Made by a program: the position numbers and the translations under genes. A stretch of DNA of 64,000 nt from an uncultured bacterium (GTDB lineage Bacteria; Desulfobacterota_D; UBA1144; Nemesobacterales; UBA2774): NCBI GenBank assembly GCA_963825135.1, contig CAWGRW010000009.1, positions 256,001 to 320,000 on the forward strand, written 5' to 3'. Below the pieces are notes generated by a model that was not told the DNA's origin, made no database searches, and worked only from the letters and a program-made list of their open reading frames with translations. Below are positions 20,074-30,303 of the stretch, piece by piece; position 1 is the first letter of the stretch, and each line of letters starts with the position of its first letter.

Positions 20074-20517
20074 ATGAAAAAGCGAGCGGAAAGAGTTAAG
20101 AGAGAAATAAGAGCGATTTTCAGTCCCGATGCTGAAAAGCCTACCAATATAGCCAAGGAGCGAACGTCCCTTTACGCAAATGCATGCAAGTTATTCGGCT
20201 CTTGGAGATATGCGCTTGAGGCATGCGGTATAGATTACGAAAACTCTAGGAATAATAAGAAATGGACACAGGACAGGATTGTTAAGGAGATTAAAAAGCT
20301 CCGGGCAGAAGGCAGCGGTCTGAGACCATCTGTACTTAGAAAAAATGGGAAGACTAGCCTCGTATCTGCAGCCGAGTATCATTTCGGTTCTTGGAGGAGT
20401 GCGGTCGAGACATCCGGCATCAATTATTCCTTCGGGAGAAAGAAGAAAACCGATTGTAGTTTGAGGCAAAGTGAAACAAATAAATCCTGCGATGTCGGCC
20501 GGATACGTACAAAGTGA
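20074..20517 (+). CDS. Stand-alone FGSW-repeat protein (homing-endonuclease-associated-repeat-like), copy 1
   Basis: Two repeats, CKLFGSWRYALEACGI and EYHFGSWRSAVETSGI; basic protein. Confidence 0.7.
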   Translation: MKKRAERVKREIRAIFSPDAEKPTNIAKERTSLYANACKLFGSWRYALEACGIDYENSRNNKKWTQDRIVKEIKKLRAEGSGLRPSVLRKNGKTSLVSAAEYHFGSWRSAVETSGINYSFGRKKKTDCSLRQSETNKSCDVGRIRTK

Positions 20518-20653
20518 CACAGAGTAACAATACTATGGGAGAGGCAAACGCACGCACACCACGCGTACAGTCATCTAAACGTGATTAAGTCTAAACTCTC
20601 GATACTATACTTTCACATACATGGTTCACATGGTATGACAACGTACTACGAGT

Positions 20654-20788
20654 TGTACTGCTCCCCTTTTGTCAAGCCTAGTTTAAGTTGGTATTATGAA
20701 ATCTTGTGCATGCTTAGGAACACTCCCGACGGTATATAAATGCAAAATCAAAGTTAAACTATGATCCTATAATAAGGTGGTCGGGTCT
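20654..20788. mobile_element. Miniature element M2
   Basis: TGTACTGCTCCCCTTTTGTCAAG... through a degenerate ACTATGATCCTATAATAAGGTGGTCGGGTC end. Confidence 0.7.
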
Positions 20789-21015
20789 TTCCTTGAAAAG
20801 TCATTATAGACAGTACAAGATCAATTACAAAATATAAGTAAATCCTAAGATGAATATGGTTGAAACCGATTGTTAAACATTGAGCAATAAAATAAAGCCC
20901 CATGCTCAGATCGACCTCAAAAACATGGGGCTTATTTCGATAATTATCCTAGTACCAATACCATGAGATATCTATATATCGGCTTTCGACAGTTAATAGA
21001 CTCCAAATATCTCAT

Positions 21016-21591
21016 TTAATCAGCACAAGTGTCAGCTGGAATGGTTTTACAATCAACTTGTGTTATTGGACTTGTAAATCTATCATCTTCTTCTACTATA
21101 TTTGGATTGTTGGGATCAAACCATCCACATGCGCCTATAACCTCTCCTGTAGCCATAGTACTGTCCGTAAATATTAGGTGTAACCAGCATTGTGCAGCCT
21201 TATCTGAAAATCCAAAATTTCCACTTGCTACCGATCCAGTCAACGAAATCTGAGTTAGGTAACTGTAAAGTGGGGGGATTGCACTTGCAGCAGCTACATC
21301 CTGCATTGATCCAACCATCACTGCATCCGCACTCCCAGGACCAGGATCTGCTCCTGAAACGCATTGTCTATAAATTCCAGTGACTAGGTTTTGTCCCGCA
21401 AGCTTGATGATTATAAAATCTGTTCCCGGAAAATCAGTTAACGCATAACAGCCTCCAGAAGTTTTTGTACACGGTGGTTTTTTAGGCTGTTGTTTTCTAT
21501 TATCCTTTCCATTTGAAAAGGCGCTACTTGTAAAGACCATCATAAGAACAACAATAAATGTAATTGAAGATATAATTTTTAATTTTCTCAT
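21016..21591 (-). CDS. Exported Cys-containing hypothetical protein
   Basis: RBS GGGAG; MRKLKIISSITFIVVLMMVFTSSAFS signal peptide; hairpin terminator at about 20892-20937. Confidence 0.7.
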   Translation of the reverse strand: MRKLKIISSITFIVVLMMVFTSSAFSNGKDNRKQQPKKPPCTKTSGGCYALTDFPGTDFIIIKLAGQNLVTGIYRQCVSGADPGPGSADAVMVGSMQDVAAASAIPPLYSYLTQISLTGSVASGNFGFSDKAAQCWLHLIFTDSTMATGEVIGACGWFDPNNPNIVEEDDRFTSPITQVDCKTIPADTCAD

Positions 21592-22037
21592 TTTATACTC
21601 TCCCTGAATTTCGGATTTTTTGTGTTTAATACTATTTCCCTTATTCTCAAACAACATTAAACAAACCACTAATCGATGTTAATTTAGAATACATTTGTAT
21701 CCTTAAATTCCCCTCATATGGGAATCATATAACATCCGAAGTCTCTGTTTCACCCATAGGCATCCGCTCCAAGAATAATTTTTGACTATTTTGAAACTCA
21801 ATTGTAGATGGTAGCTTGACTGTAAATAACCGTAATGAGTTGAGATATATATTGATAGAAGTTCAGCCGTAGAAAAAACTAATGAGCTTTTAGAACATCA
21901 ATGAAATCCGCATAAATCTATATTATTCTAAGTTTATCATTAATTTACATTAACCCCATCTAATTATCATTACAACAGGTTCGAGCAGCAAATCATAGTA
22001 TTAATTTTGCTTAATACTATTGACTAAAGAAATCATC

Positions 22038-22110
22038 AAAACTAACTTTAGTAGTAATGGCCAAACCAATACTTTAGTAGTAATGTATAACCAGTACTAA
22101 AGTAGTATTC
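22038..22110 (+). repeat. Three imperfect direct repeats with about 25-bp period
   Basis: ACTTTAGTAGTAATG at 22045 and 22071; related ACTAAAGTAGTATTC at 22096. Confidence 0.65.
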
Positions 22111-22189
22111 CGATACTATTCCCAATAGTCAAAGAGAGTTAACATTACAGTTTGACAGCTTATTATTGAAATAATCCTCTTGAACTCTA

Positions 22190-22660
22190 ACCGGTGTGCG
22201 GTATCCAAGTGCCGAATGAAGGTAACTACTGTTGTAATATTGAACCCACTTATCCAGTTCACAACCAAGATCTCTTTCATTCTTCCATTCCCTTAGCCAA
22301 AAGAGCTCTTCCTATATCGTTCTAATCACTCTCTGTATCCGCGTTCCCTTTAGGGTTGTTATAGCTGGTAAATGCCTGATGGACTTCCAGATTGGAACAT
22401 GCATTCATAAAACTGAGTGATGTAGGCTGACTCCCGTTATCACTCATAAACTTTAGTCCATGACCCCTTACTCCTCCAGGGAACTCTCTGTTTAGTCCTT
22501 TCTCCAAGGCTTCCAGCCATTCTCTGCTTGTAGCTCTTCTTCCACTGTAGTGTCCTACTATCTTCTTCGTATACCAGTCCAGTACTATTACTACATAAAC
22601 CCAGCCACTGTCAGTCATAACCTTCGTCATATCTATTCCCCACCACTGTTTAGGTTCATC
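22190..22660 (-). pseudogene. IS3-family orfB fragment
   Basis: WWGIDMTKVMTDSG...MSDNGSQPT...KGNADTE, homologous to 50873-51643; truncated at both ends. Confidence 0.9.
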
Positions 22661-22664
22661 TGGT

Positions 22665-22816
22665 TATACTGCTACCCTTTTGTCAAACTCGGTTTAAGTT
22701 GGAATTATGAAGAATGCAAGGCTTCCTAACCATTCTGATAACCTTCTGTATATTATATAAGGTGCTTTGTCCAATATCTAATTTAAACTATGGACCTATT
22801 ATAGGGGGGCAGGTCA
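22665..22816. mobile_element. Miniature element M3
   Basis: TATACTGCTACCCTTTTGTCAA ... TGGACCTATTATAGGGGGGCAGGTCA. Confidence 0.8.
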
Positions 22817-22940
22817 GTGACAAAAAACAATATCAAGGTAGTTAACAGTACGCCAATTACAATATAGTTTAATTATTTCATGCTCGATCCCCCTTTATGT
22901 TATTTTGTTCAAAACATTGCTGCCTCAATCTCTTCATGCT

Positions 22941-23753
22941 TCAACTATTAGGTTTCCGGGAAATGAAAAGGTAGTTTCCCGCACGTCCTTCATCAATAAG
23001 ACGAAGATAGGTATCAAAAAATTTAACGTGATGATCAGTGGTCTCTTTTCCCTGCTCTTTCACTATAGCATCGTAGTGTTTTTTAAATGCATCACCCCAT
23101 AGCTTGATTTGGATCCTAAAATTCTCTACATCTTCTATCACCTCCATAACCCGAAATCCCGCTTGCTTGAGTTTAGTTTTATAGCTACCTACTGAATCAT
23201 AGTATTCTGGGATAAGACAACCACGAGACATACGTTTAATGACCTCTGGGTCAGCAGGCATATCTATAGCGCCACTTAGAAAAGTAAATATGCCTTTTGA
23301 TTTTAGAACACGAAGAACCTGTCGGAAAAGCCCTTCCTTATCCTTGAACACATTTATTACATTAAAGCTAATTATCACATTAAATGCGTTTTCTGGAAAT
23401 GGCATTTCCATAGCATCACCAAGATGGAAAGTCGCACGGTCACTGAGACCTGAGTCAGCGGCAAATTTTCTTGCTCGTTCTACCCCGACATCTGAAACAT
23501 CAATTCCCATTATTCGACACCCAGTTTTTTGAGCTATATAGATAGCAGGACCTCCTACACCACTTCCAATGTCCAAAACATAAGTGTCGGCATCTATGCC
23601 TGTCTTTCGAATCAATTCATCGAGATAAGGAGGAGTGATAAAAGACTGCTGTCCGATGTCCTGGTTTCCCCAGATGGTTTTTCGCATCAACCGGTTAGCG
23701 GGACTATCCAACTGATGTAATTCCGAGTAATCTGTGCTCTCTTTCTGTTTCAT
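22941..23753 (-). CDS. Class I SAM-dependent methyltransferase
   Basis: VLDIGSGVGG, GIDVS and GDAMEMPF motifs. Confidence 0.9.
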   Translation of the reverse strand: MKQKESTDYSELHQLDSPANRLMRKTIWGNQDIGQQSFITPPYLDELIRKTGIDADTYVLDIGSGVGGPAIYIAQKTGCRIMGIDVSDVGVERARKFAADSGLSDRATFHLGDAMEMPFPENAFNVIISFNVINVFKDKEGLFRQVLRVLKSKGIFTFLSGAIDMPADPEVIKRMSRGCLIPEYYDSVGSYKTKLKQAGFRVMEVIEDVENFRIQIKLWGDAFKKHYDAIVKEQGKETTDHHVKFFDTYLRLIDEGRAGNYLFISRKPNS

Positions 23754-23862
23754 TTATCCACTCCTTATTGAATATTGTTGCTATTCTAACAAAGTAGAAA
23801 GTAAAAGCAAGGGAGTGTATAGGTTCGCTAGACAAATAGGGATTTTGCTCTATCCAGAATAG

Positions 23863-24721
23863 TCAAGCAGCGTTTATACATAAAGTAATATTCTTGTAAT
23901 ACTCTTCTTCCACCTGTAACGGTGTACGGTATCCATGTGCTGAATGAAGGTAGTTCATATTGTAATATTCAACCCATTTATCCAATTCTAGGCTAAGCTC
24001 TCTTTCATTCTCCCACTCCCTTAACCAAAATATCTCTTCCTTCATTGTTCTTATCATTCTCTCTGTATCTGCGTTTCCTTTTGGGTTGTTGTAGCTTGTA
24101 AATACTTGCTCTACTTCCAGGTTGGAGCAGGCTTTCATAAACTGAGTGAAGTAGGCTGACTCCCGTTATCACTCATGAGTTTTAATTTGCAACCCCTTAC
24201 TCCTATAGGGAACTCTCTGTTTAGTACTTTCTCAAGAGCTTCTAGCCAATCTCTGCTTGTAGCTCTTGTGCCGCTGTAATGACCTACTATCTTCTTCGTA
24301 TACCAGTCCAGTACTATTACTACATATACCCAGCCACTGTCAGTCATAACCTTTGTCATATCTATTCCCCACCACTGTTTAGGTCTGTCCGGTCGGGGCT
24401 TTGGTCTCTCTGATGCCCTCTTTGCTATTAGTCTAGAGTTCGGTTTAACAGTAAGATTATGTTCTCTCATTAACCTGTATACACGCTTCTTGTTTACTAT
24501 AAATCCATCCACGTATCGTAGATATGCCCATACTCTTCTATAACCCCAGAAGGGATGCTCTCCTTTTATATCTTTTATCCTTTCAAGTAAATATTCGTTA
24601 CGAAGAGCTACAGAGTCAGACGTATTTCTCATATGAAGTCTTCCTCTGTTTTTTTTTATTCAACGGTGAGTGAGCCAATTTTCTGCTTTAGCTCCTGATT
24701 CTTCTTACGTAGACGGTTTAC
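23863..24721 (-). pseudogene. IS3-family orfB (frameshift near 24138) plus truncated orfA 3' end
   Basis: Collinear with 50873-51730; AGTTTATG versus intact AGTTTTATG; orfA cut by M4. Confidence 0.92.
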
Positions 24722-24868
24722 TGTATTGCTCCCCATTTGCCAAGTTCGGTTTAAGTTGGAATTATGAAGAATGCGAACACTTCCTGGTCATCGTATTCAC
24801 CTCCTCTTAATGGGGTTTTCTACCGAAAATCTAACTTAACTTATGGACCTATTTTAGGGGGCAGGTCA
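24722..24868. mobile_element. Miniature element M4
   Basis: TGTATTGCTCCCCATTTGCCAAG ... TGGACCTATTTTAGGGGGCAGGTCA. Confidence 0.8.
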
Positions 24869-24975
24869 GTTTGACAACTTCTCCTAAAATTGAAGCTTGA
24901 CACTGGCATATGATTATGAGAAACTCGAATTAATTGTATTCTTATAATAAACAATATATGGGGGAGGTAAATGAT

Positions 24976-25302
24976 ATGGGTAAATTCATAATAGTCTTTT
25001 TAACAATCATTTCTTCTATTGTAATAATCTCCTGTACAACTTACAAACAACCAGAGGCTGTGAATTTCGTAGATCAAGAACAAATAGTCAGAACACAACC
25101 TATACCAAATGATAGTTGCGCAGGTATAAATGATGGGGTTACTCAGTGCAGAACACAGAATGGACGGTCAATGTGCCAGGCATGTTGTAGCGGGGGATGG
25201 CTGCAACTATATGTCAGCTCGGGAAATATCGAATGCCCGTATAGACCCACTGATACCACATTTGAATGTAACTCGACTAAGTATTATGTAGGTTGTAAGT
25301 AA
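24976..25302 (+). CDS. Small Cys-rich lipoprotein
   Basis: GGAGG RBS; lipobox-like IISC; 8 further Cys residues. Confidence 0.7.
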   Translation: MGKFIIVFLTIISSIVIISCTTYKQPEAVNFVDQEQIVRTQPIPNDSCAGINDGVTQCRTQNGRSMCQACCSGGWLQLYVSSGNIECPYRPTDTTFECNSTKYYVGCK

Positions 25303-25487
25303 TAGCAGAGCATTAACCCGCATATGCATTTCCTAATATTCTCTTCCTCTTTGACAAGAGGGCTTTATTTCTAGCCCTAACTTTTTTAATTGAATTATCT
25401 TTCTCCTTTGAGTTAACAAATCCTAACCTTGAGCACAGATATTGAAGAGCATCCATACCGTAGTTATGACCTTCCCCCATTCTTTAT

Positions 25488-25738
25488 TCCACGGCAAGTG
25501 AGAGTTCCTCTGATACACTCATACCGCCGTATTTGCACCTCCAGCGGTAGAACGTCTGCTCGCTTATTCCGTACTTCCGGCATAGCTCGGAAACCTTCGA
25601 CCCTGATTCTTGCTCCCCAAGCACCTTGATAATCTGCTCTTTTCTATATCTACCCTTCGCATGTCCTCCTCCTATCTATTTATTCTTACTTAGGAGAAAT
25701 CTCATTTACAGTGGACTAGTTTTTGGGGAGAAGGTTCG
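25488..25738 (-). pseudogene. Remnant of a second IS3-family (IS407-like) orfA with its left end
   Basis: EQIIKVLGEQESGSKVSELCRKYGISEQTFYRWRCKYGGM; end GAACCTTCTCCCCAAAAACTAGTCCA. Confidence 0.8.
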
Positions 25739-25789
25739 GCTCCCTTTTCTATTTAGTCACCGTATGGAAGCGGGGTATTTGTCCTATTT

Positions 25790-25833
25790 ATAATTCCAAC
25801 TTGAATATTTCTTGACAAAAGGGGAGCAGTACA
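25790..25833 (+). repeat. Isolated IS3 right-end copy
   Basis: ATAATTCCAACTTGAATATTTCTTGACAAAAGGGGAGCAGTACA. Confidence 0.8.
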
Positions 25834-25957
25834 CTTTTCATACCCCAGGGCCTTTCATACCTACGGCCCCGAACCTACCATAACCTCTATCCCGTTAATA
25901 TAGAACTTGAGTCATTTTTGATTAATACTATTCAGTTATAATCAAGACGGGTATGGC

Positions 25958-27073
25958 GTGAGTCATATGGAGAAGAATAACCCCGACAATCATAATCCCG
26001 ACACAACCAAGTTGGGAGAGGTGTTTAAAGAACACTTAAATATCCGTTCCGTCTCGATAACAGGACTATTCTTACTTGCGGTGTTTTACACGCTCTACCT
26101 AGCGGGTGCCATATTTATCCCCGTTTTTTTCGCTATCATCTTAAAACTTTTACTGGCCCCTGCCGTCGATGCTCTGAATAGATTACGCATACCCCAGGCG
26201 CTGGGATCTGCGGTAGTTTTAATGGCGCTCCTGGCTGTTATATCGGCCTCATTTTATATTTTTTATCAACCTGCTGCAGACTGGACAGAAAGGGCTCCCC
26301 AAAGCCTCAGGAAAGTTGAACAGAAGCTTCGTTTCATTAAAGAGCCGGTCGAAAAAGTAAGTGAAGCTACCAAGAGCATGGAAAAGATTACAGACGTAGG
26401 GCCCAAATCCGAAGGGAGTACTGTAGAGGTCAAAAAACCGAAATTGCTCAACACCCTCTTTATTGAGACCTCGGAGTTCATCTTCGGCGTTGCGACCATG
26501 CTAATACTACTTTACTTCCTCCTGGCATCGGGAGATTTATTTCTCCGCAAGGTAATAAACGCACTCCCGAAATTAAAGGATAAGAAACAGGCGGTCGAGA
26601 TAGCGAGACATGTGGAGCGGGACGTATCCACCTACCTTTATACAATAGTAATAATCAATTTCTGCCTCGGCGTTTTGATAGGCGGAGCGATGTATGTCCT
26701 TAATATGCCTAACCCGTTTCTATGGGGTGTCATGGCTGGACTCGTCAACTTCATCCCTTATTTGGGACAGGCGGCGGGGATAACCATCATAGCCATAGTA
26801 GCATTAACTACATTCGATAATACCTATCAAACCATAGTGCCCCCGCTCGTGTACTGCGTAATAATCGGAATTGAAGGGAATATAATAACCCCCATAATAC
26901 TCGGTAGGCGGCTTTTGCTGAATCCGGTAGTGATATTCCTTGCGCTCTTATTATGGGGCTGGATATGGGGGATTCCGGGGGCATTGATCGCTGTCCCGAT
27001 CCTGGTGATACTCAAAATAATCTGTGATAATGTCGAGTCCCTGGGATCTATAGGGGAGTTTCTGGGAAGATAA
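25958..27073 (+). CDS. AI-2E family transporter
   Basis: NFIPYLG, EGNIITPIILGRRLLLNP and WGWIWGIPGALIAVP. Confidence 0.92.
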   Translation: MSHMEKNNPDNHNPDTTKLGEVFKEHLNIRSVSITGLFLLAVFYTLYLAGAIFIPVFFAIILKLLLAPAVDALNRLRIPQALGSAVVLMALLAVISASFYIFYQPAADWTERAPQSLRKVEQKLRFIKEPVEKVSEATKSMEKITDVGPKSEGSTVEVKKPKLLNTLFIETSEFIFGVATMLILLYFLLASGDLFLRKVINALPKLKDKKQAVEIARHVERDVSTYLYTIVIINFCLGVLIGGAMYVLNMPNPFLWGVMAGLVNFIPYLGQAAGITIIAIVALTTFDNTYQTIVPPLVYCVIIGIEGNIITPIILGRRLLLNPVVIFLALLLWGWIWGIPGALIAVPILVILKIICDNVESLGSIGEFLGR

Positions 27074-27338
27074 CTGAAAGCAAACACAAATAAGATAGAC
27101 CGACACTAGCCACACCATTCACTTGGCTAGAAACCACCTGTTCCACAAACAATCGTAAGTGAAAACATCTAACTTTAAGGGGACCTATTTACGTGGACTT
27201 AACACATCCAAAATTCGCTTGACAAGTAGTACTGACTTGTGAGAAAATCGTAATAATAGTAATAATAGTAGTAGGGAAGGTTTCTGCACAAAATGGGATT
27301 AAGTAAAATAAGAATGAAAGAGAAAGGATGTAAAAAAG

Positions 27339-27529
27339 ATGTTTGACAACCATCTCTACAACATCATGGCACAAATAGTCGAAGAACACAAAAGCCTATG
27401 GCGGATCAAAAATATGTATAAAAAAGACGCTTCAGGCTGTAGTCAATGTCAAACCAGTTAGAAAAAGACAAAGAGGATCATATAAAAGAGCTTGAGGAAA
27501 TTATCAAAAAACATATTAACGAATGGTAA
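27339..27529 (+). pseudogene. Small ferritin-like helical protein, frameshifted
   Basis: MFDNHLYNIMAQIVEEHKSLWRIKNMYKKDASGCSQC, then a frame change to LEKDKEDHIKELEEIIKKH. Confidence 0.55.
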
Positions 27530-27625
27530 CTTTTAAAAAGATAAACTAAGAAATTACCACCTTTGCTCATCAAGCTCACCGTAACACTATATGATCATGT
27601 AATTCAATAAAACGGAGGTGATATC

Positions 27626-27784
27626 ATGTCTCTGGGAACAATTTTAATTGTCATTTTAGTCCTGATCTTGATTGGGGTGATTCCTATACACGGTTGGTCG
27701 ACAAATTGGGGTTATGGACCTAGCGGATTGGTCGGATTGATACTGGTAATATTGCTTATTTTGTTGTTATTAGGAAAGCTTTAA
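27626..27784 (+). CDS. DUF3309 family small membrane protein
   Basis: GGAGG RBS; MSLGTILIVILVLILIGVIPIHGWSTNWGYGPSGLVGLIL...; below the ORF-track cutoff. Confidence 0.85.
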   Translation: MSLGTILIVILVLILIGVIPIHGWSTNWGYGPSGLVGLILVILLILLLLGKL

Positions 27785-27881
27785 AAATGCCCCATCACTA
27801 ATCCCGTCCATAGACTCTGTTGGGAGCAAGAGGCAAAATGATCAAGGAGTTGATGTACATGTTGGCCCGGATGGTGTAGCA

Positions 27882-28014
27882 TGACCTGCCCCCCTATAAT
27901 AGGTCCATAGTATAAGTTTGCTATTCGATAAAGAACCGTTTTTGCAACTGCCGATTAGGGAGAGTAATAAAGAGAAATTTCGTAAGTTATTTGGGTTTAA
28001 AGGGGAGCAGTACA
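27882..28014. mobile_element. Miniature element M5
   Basis: Near-identical to M1. Confidence 0.78.
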
Positions 28015-28157
28015 TCTTTACACAGAGACCCTCTTATAATTCCGTTGAGCTTAAGAAGGTAATGTAGTAAAATGGAAATAAGATACAATCCGGAGGACCT
28101 AATCTAGCTAGAATATTATATAGTTCCAACCTCGTATTTATTGTAATAGGTAATTTT

Positions 28158-28538
28158 ATGACTAATCGAGCAGAAAGAGTCAAACGAGAAATTAGAGCGA
28201 TTTTCAAACCCGATGCTATAAAGCCTACCAATATAGCCAAGGAGCGGAGGTCCCTATATATATGCGCATGCAAGCAATTCGGTTCTTGGAGGAATGCTCT
28301 TGAAGCATCAGGAATAGATTACGAGAGCTCTAGGTATTACGAGAAATGGACAAAGGACAAGATTGCTGAGGAGATTAAAAGACTCAATGAACAAGGTAGA
28401 TACCTAAAACCATATATCCTCAGAAAGAGCGGTATGACAAAACTGGTATCCGCTGCAGAGTATCATTTCGGTTCGTGGAGAAGAGCAGTCGAAGCATGTG
28501 GCATCAATTATACATACGGGAGAGAGAAAAAAAAATGA
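28158..28538 (+). CDS. Stand-alone FGSW-repeat protein, copy 2
   Basis: Paralog of 20074-20517. Confidence 0.7.
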   Translation: MTNRAERVKREIRAIFKPDAIKPTNIAKERRSLYICACKQFGSWRNALEASGIDYESSRYYEKWTKDKIAEEIKRLNEQGRYLKPYILRKSGMTKLVSAAEYHFGSWRRAVEACGINYTYGREKKK

Positions 28539-29124
28539 CTGAGGTCAGTAGTGTGTATACACATCATTTTTCGATTCCATCCAGCACTTCAATGTAGTTC
28601 AAGAGCATTTTACCCAAATGGGGAGGCTTTAGTATGTTCTGGGTATTTGGTCTTTGATGTTTGGAATACACTACCAAGCCTGATGATAAACAGTGTAACA
28701 ATTCGACTGAGAACTTCAAAAGAGCCTCCGGATTCAAATACTTAAGCAGGCGATTTTATTTATGGACTGCTTGTAAGTCCGTTGATTACTGCCTTAACGA
28801 CGCGCTTATATGCTGGAACGGTGAGTCGGATTTCTACCGGGAAATCGGGTCGGAAATCGTGGGAAAAATAAGTAAAAAAAAGTAAACTTGCGGGTTCAGA
28901 GAATTGATACGTGTCGTTGGACGACGTGCAGTCATCGAGATGTTCTTTCTGAGAAAAAGAAAATAGGCACATAAAAGCGTCAAACCTAGGAAACCAGTCC
29001 AACCTTCAAATTAATATATTGTAATAATTCTGTTCATATTCTGAAAACAGCGCACCTTACTGGTGTGTAGTGATTCTTCGCCATTCCGTTGACCCCCTGT
29101 ACATAGGGTTTATTGTCAAAAAAT

Positions 29125-29165
29125 ATCTAACTTATACTATGGCCCTATTATAGGGGGGCAGGTCA
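29125..29165 (+). repeat. Isolated IS3-like end (TGACC type, inverted)
   Basis: ATCTAACTTATACTATGGCCCTATTATAGGGGGGCAGGTCA. Confidence 0.75.
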
Positions 29166-29325
29166 CCTCCATACCGCCACCTACACCATCCAACTTGTAG
29201 CGTAACAACCGCCTGTCACTGTCTATACTGTCTTTACAGTCCATTCAGACATTGACTGACCACGCAACCCACATCAGGAATGGGCTTAATTCCTCGTAAT
29301 AAAGTGGGTGCTCTTTCAAATATCT

Positions 29326-29841
29326 TTATTTGGGTGCTTCCGGCATATCCGCCTTAGGCATCTCAGGGGTGTCTACCGTAGGCATCTCCGGTGTATCCAC
29401 TTTAGGTATCTGAGGCATTTCAGCCTTGGGCATCTCCATACTCATCTTGCCCTTTATCCAATATATAACCGGAGTTTTACCCTCCTGATTCAGGGTTGTA
29501 GTTCCCGAGATTGATATACCTGTGACTGTACCCTCCCAATTCATCTTATCCCCCTTATCATTGGTGGTCTCTGCTTTAAATGTCGTAGTTTGTCCACTAA
29601 CGGTCGTTGTATAAGGGGCGCTTCCGAAACCGTACTTCTCACATGCTTTAGATTCAAACGTTCCGTCTTTAAAAATAAACTCATCCTTATCGCCCTTCTT
29701 ACCTTTTTCACCCATCTTACCTACGAAGGTTTTTCCGTCTAAAGCACCCCCTTGAGCAGATGCGGGGAACGTCCCAGCCAGGACAAAAAAGGATAGAACC
29801 ACTAGAAGAGAACAAATCCTCAAGATATTACGTTTACTCAT
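29326..29841 (-). CDS. Exported protein with a C-terminal Pro/Met-rich repeat tail
   Basis: Signal peptide; tail contains (V)DTPEMP repeats. Confidence 0.75.
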   Translation of the reverse strand: MSKRNILRICSLLVVLSFFVLAGTFPASAQGGALDGKTFVGKMGEKGKKGDKDEFIFKDGTFESKACEKYGFGSAPYTTTVSGQTTTFKAETTNDKGDKMNWEGTVTGISISGTTTLNQEGKTPVIYWIKGKMSMEMPKAEMPQIPKVDTPEMPTVDTPEMPKADMPEAPK

Positions 29842-30173
29842 TGCTTGATACCTCTCTTTAGTTTGATTTATGCTCTAACGGAGCATATAAAAAGCATAGC
29901 ATAGCGAAATCTGATTACATTCAAAATTTTTAGTGTAAATCTGTTTGGTCCAACTATTTAAAAAGACGAATAAATTAGTAACCTTCCGCTATTGTCTATG
30001 GACGGAAGCCACCTATCCGTCTGTATTAGGGTCACGGAATTCACTTAGGAACAGTTAAGTCTTGTTAATCGGTTGAAAGCGGGCGGTAAGCGAATAGAGC
30101 CTTTTAATGCTTCGGAACTAAACACTATAATTACCCCTTCCCTTTCTAAGAGGATAACTCCAACCCTTTATTA

Positions 30174-30220
30174 TGTACTGCTCCCCTTTTGTTAAGCTCG
30201 GCTTAAGTTGGATTTATGAA
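30174..30220 (-). repeat. Isolated IS3 right-end copy
   Basis: TGTACTGCTCCCCTTTTGTTAAGCTCGGCTTAAGTTGG. Confidence 0.8.
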
Positions 30221-30257
30221 TAGTCCGATATATCCTGCGTCATCTTTCTGACTAAAC

Positions 30258-30284
30258 AAAAAAGGGAGCCGAAGCTCCCTTTTT
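30258..30284. terminator. Intrinsic (bidirectional) terminator
   Basis: AAAAAAGGGAGC-CGAA-GCTCCCTTTTT. Confidence 0.85.
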
Positions 30285-30303
30285 CTAAATTTATCGGTCC
30301 TAT

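Noticed and set aside
19950..20156. Antisense ORFs duplicated at 19950-20156 and 28034-28273
   Set aside because: By-products of the duplicated leader and gene; the substitution pattern fits coding on the plus strand
19798..30220. CRISPR array or integron attC array
   Set aside because: Spacing is irregular at kilobase scale, orientations are mixed, and there are no cas genes. The repeats match IS3-type ends rather than attC cores, and the integrase looks phage-type rather than IntI.
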